DNA of 64,000 nucleotides from an uncultured Verminephrobacter sp. (GTDB lineage Bacteria; Pseudomonadota; Gammaproteobacteria; Burkholderiales; Burkholderiaceae_C): NCBI GenBank assembly GCA_964466605.1, contig CAYXSL010000002.1, positions 2,871 to 66,870 of the forward strand, read 5' to 3'. Shown piece by piece: positions 62,917 to 64,000 of this stretch (position 1 is its first letter; each line of letters starts with the position of its first letter). The notes under the pieces were generated by a model. It saw only the letters and a program-made list of their open reading frames with translations, ran no database searches and was not told where the DNA came from. The position numbers and the translations under genes were made by a program.

Positions 62917-64000
62917 CTACAGATCGGCCCTCAACACCCCATTGCGCGTTGTGATGAAAAGCACAGCGTCTTTCACTGCAATTCCTTCTGGCGGTGGAAT
63001 CACACTTGGCAACGCACCGGGCACAAAACCGTATCTACCGGCCGTGCCAACCACGGTACTCACCACACCGCCGGGGCTGATTTTGCGCACCACAGCATTG
63101 TTGCGATCGGCTACAAACAAGTTGCCCTGGGCATCGATCTTGACATCCACTGGGAGCCAGAACTTTGCTTGCGCCACCGTCCCATCGCTGTAGCCGGGGG
63201 TACCCGGTTGACCCGCTATGGTGCTGACCACGCCCGCTGGGTTGATCTTGCGAACCACATGATTGGCAGTATCCGCCACATACAAATTGCCTGCAGAGTC
63301 CAGAACGCCACCGCCAACGGAGGAAAACCGAGCGGAATCACCCGAGCCATCAGCCATGCCCGGAACACCCGCCTTGCCAGCCAGCAAACTCACGGTTTTG
63401 TCCGAATTGATCTTGTAAATCGCACCATACGGTCTCGTCGGAACATAGATGGGCAGGCCTGCGGCCGGTCCCGTCGAGCCTGCGGCTGCATACACGGCGC
63501 CAGTGTTATCTACAGCCAACACCTTTAATCCATCGGGCAGGCTCTCGCTGCCTTCAAAGAATGACTTGACTGTTCCGTCGGGAGCAATCACTCGAATGCG
63601 CCTGCCGCCTCCAACATAGGTATTGCCTTGCCGATCTACGGCTGCCCCGCTCATGGCATTTTGATATTCCATGCGAGCGATACTCGTTGTGCCGCCTTCC
63701 GGAGTGATGCGGCGCAGGGAGTAGGAGTCGTCAATGTGGCCCGACAATTGGCTATTGGGATTGACGAACCTGTCGAGCACGAGCAGATTGCCATTGGCAT
63801 CGATGGATGGACTGCGTGGGTCTGAAAACTGTGCAGCACTGCCGGTTCCATCCGTGTCACCCACTACTCCCTGGCGACCTGCGTATACACCTTCAGCGCC
63901 TTGAGCATCAATTTTCAGAATTGCGGCACTCCCACCGGTTCCGAGCGCAGAGACATAAAAGTTTCCAGCTGCATCCCGTGCAAACCCGGTATAGCTGTAC
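62917..64000 (-). CDS. NHL-repeat beta-propeller protein (5' end beyond the right edge)
   Basis: Frame stays open to the window edge; repeats AG..G..DG....ARF, DSAGNLYVADTANHVVRKI, DAQGNLFVADRNNAVVRKI. Confidence 0.85.
   Translation of the reverse strand, partial: YSYTGFARDAAGNFYVSALGTGGSAAILKIDAQGAEGVYAGRQGVVGDTDGTGSAAQFSDPRSPSIDANGNLLVLDRFVNPNSQLSGHIDDSYSLRRITPEGGTTSIARMEYQNAMSGAAVDRQGNTYVGGGRRIRVIAPDGTVKSFFEGSESLPDGLKVLAVDNTGAVYAAAGSTGPAAGLPIYVPTRPYGAIYKINSDKTVSLLAGKAGVPGMADGSGDSARFSSVGGGVLDSAGNLYVADTANHVVRKINPAGVVSTIAGQPGTPGYSDGTVAQAKFWLPVDVKIDAQGNLFVADRNNAVVRKISPGGVVSTVVGTAGRYGFVPGALPSVIPPPEGIAVKDAVLFITTRNGVLRADL

Noticed and set aside
62917-64000. NHL protein as the missing propeller of a teneurin-like assembly with the YD shell
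   Set aside because: It is 19 kb away with many unrelated genes between; nothing in the sequence links them.

Overview
GC-rich betaproteobacterial chromosome segment, probably Comamonadaceae (Acidovorax-like; inferred from gene content, not from a search). About 50 genes are recognisable: waaA and a PMM/PGM, two alkylation-repair loci (Ada/AlkA fusion + ogt; ada + 2OG-Fe(II) oxygenase + alkB), three c-di-GMP enzymes, prpE, a chrB-chrA-SOD/rhodanese chromate operon, a tannase-family (MHETase-like) esterase module with a TTT binding protein, an SNF2 helicase, two two-component systems (one sigma54-type with a well-formed promoter), an Ntn acylase, nudK, an Ask_Ect-like aspartokinase and a partial NHL-repeat gene. 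The main candidate for a new system is a lower-GC island at about 39.4-44.2 kb. It holds an Rhs/YD toxin split into two translationally coupled polypeptides, each with its own predicted Sec signal peptide: a toxin-less YD shell, and a small Rhs-core + toxin cartridge. A putative immunity gene follows. The shell gene is interrupted at an A7 run. A ~65-bp palindromic repeat occurs 8 times and in places supplies coding sequence. No rRNA, tRNA, CRISPR array, integrase or transposase was seen. All family calls come from reading motifs by eye; no database searches or GC calculations were run. Three frame disruptions occur in the window, so sequencing error must be considered for each.
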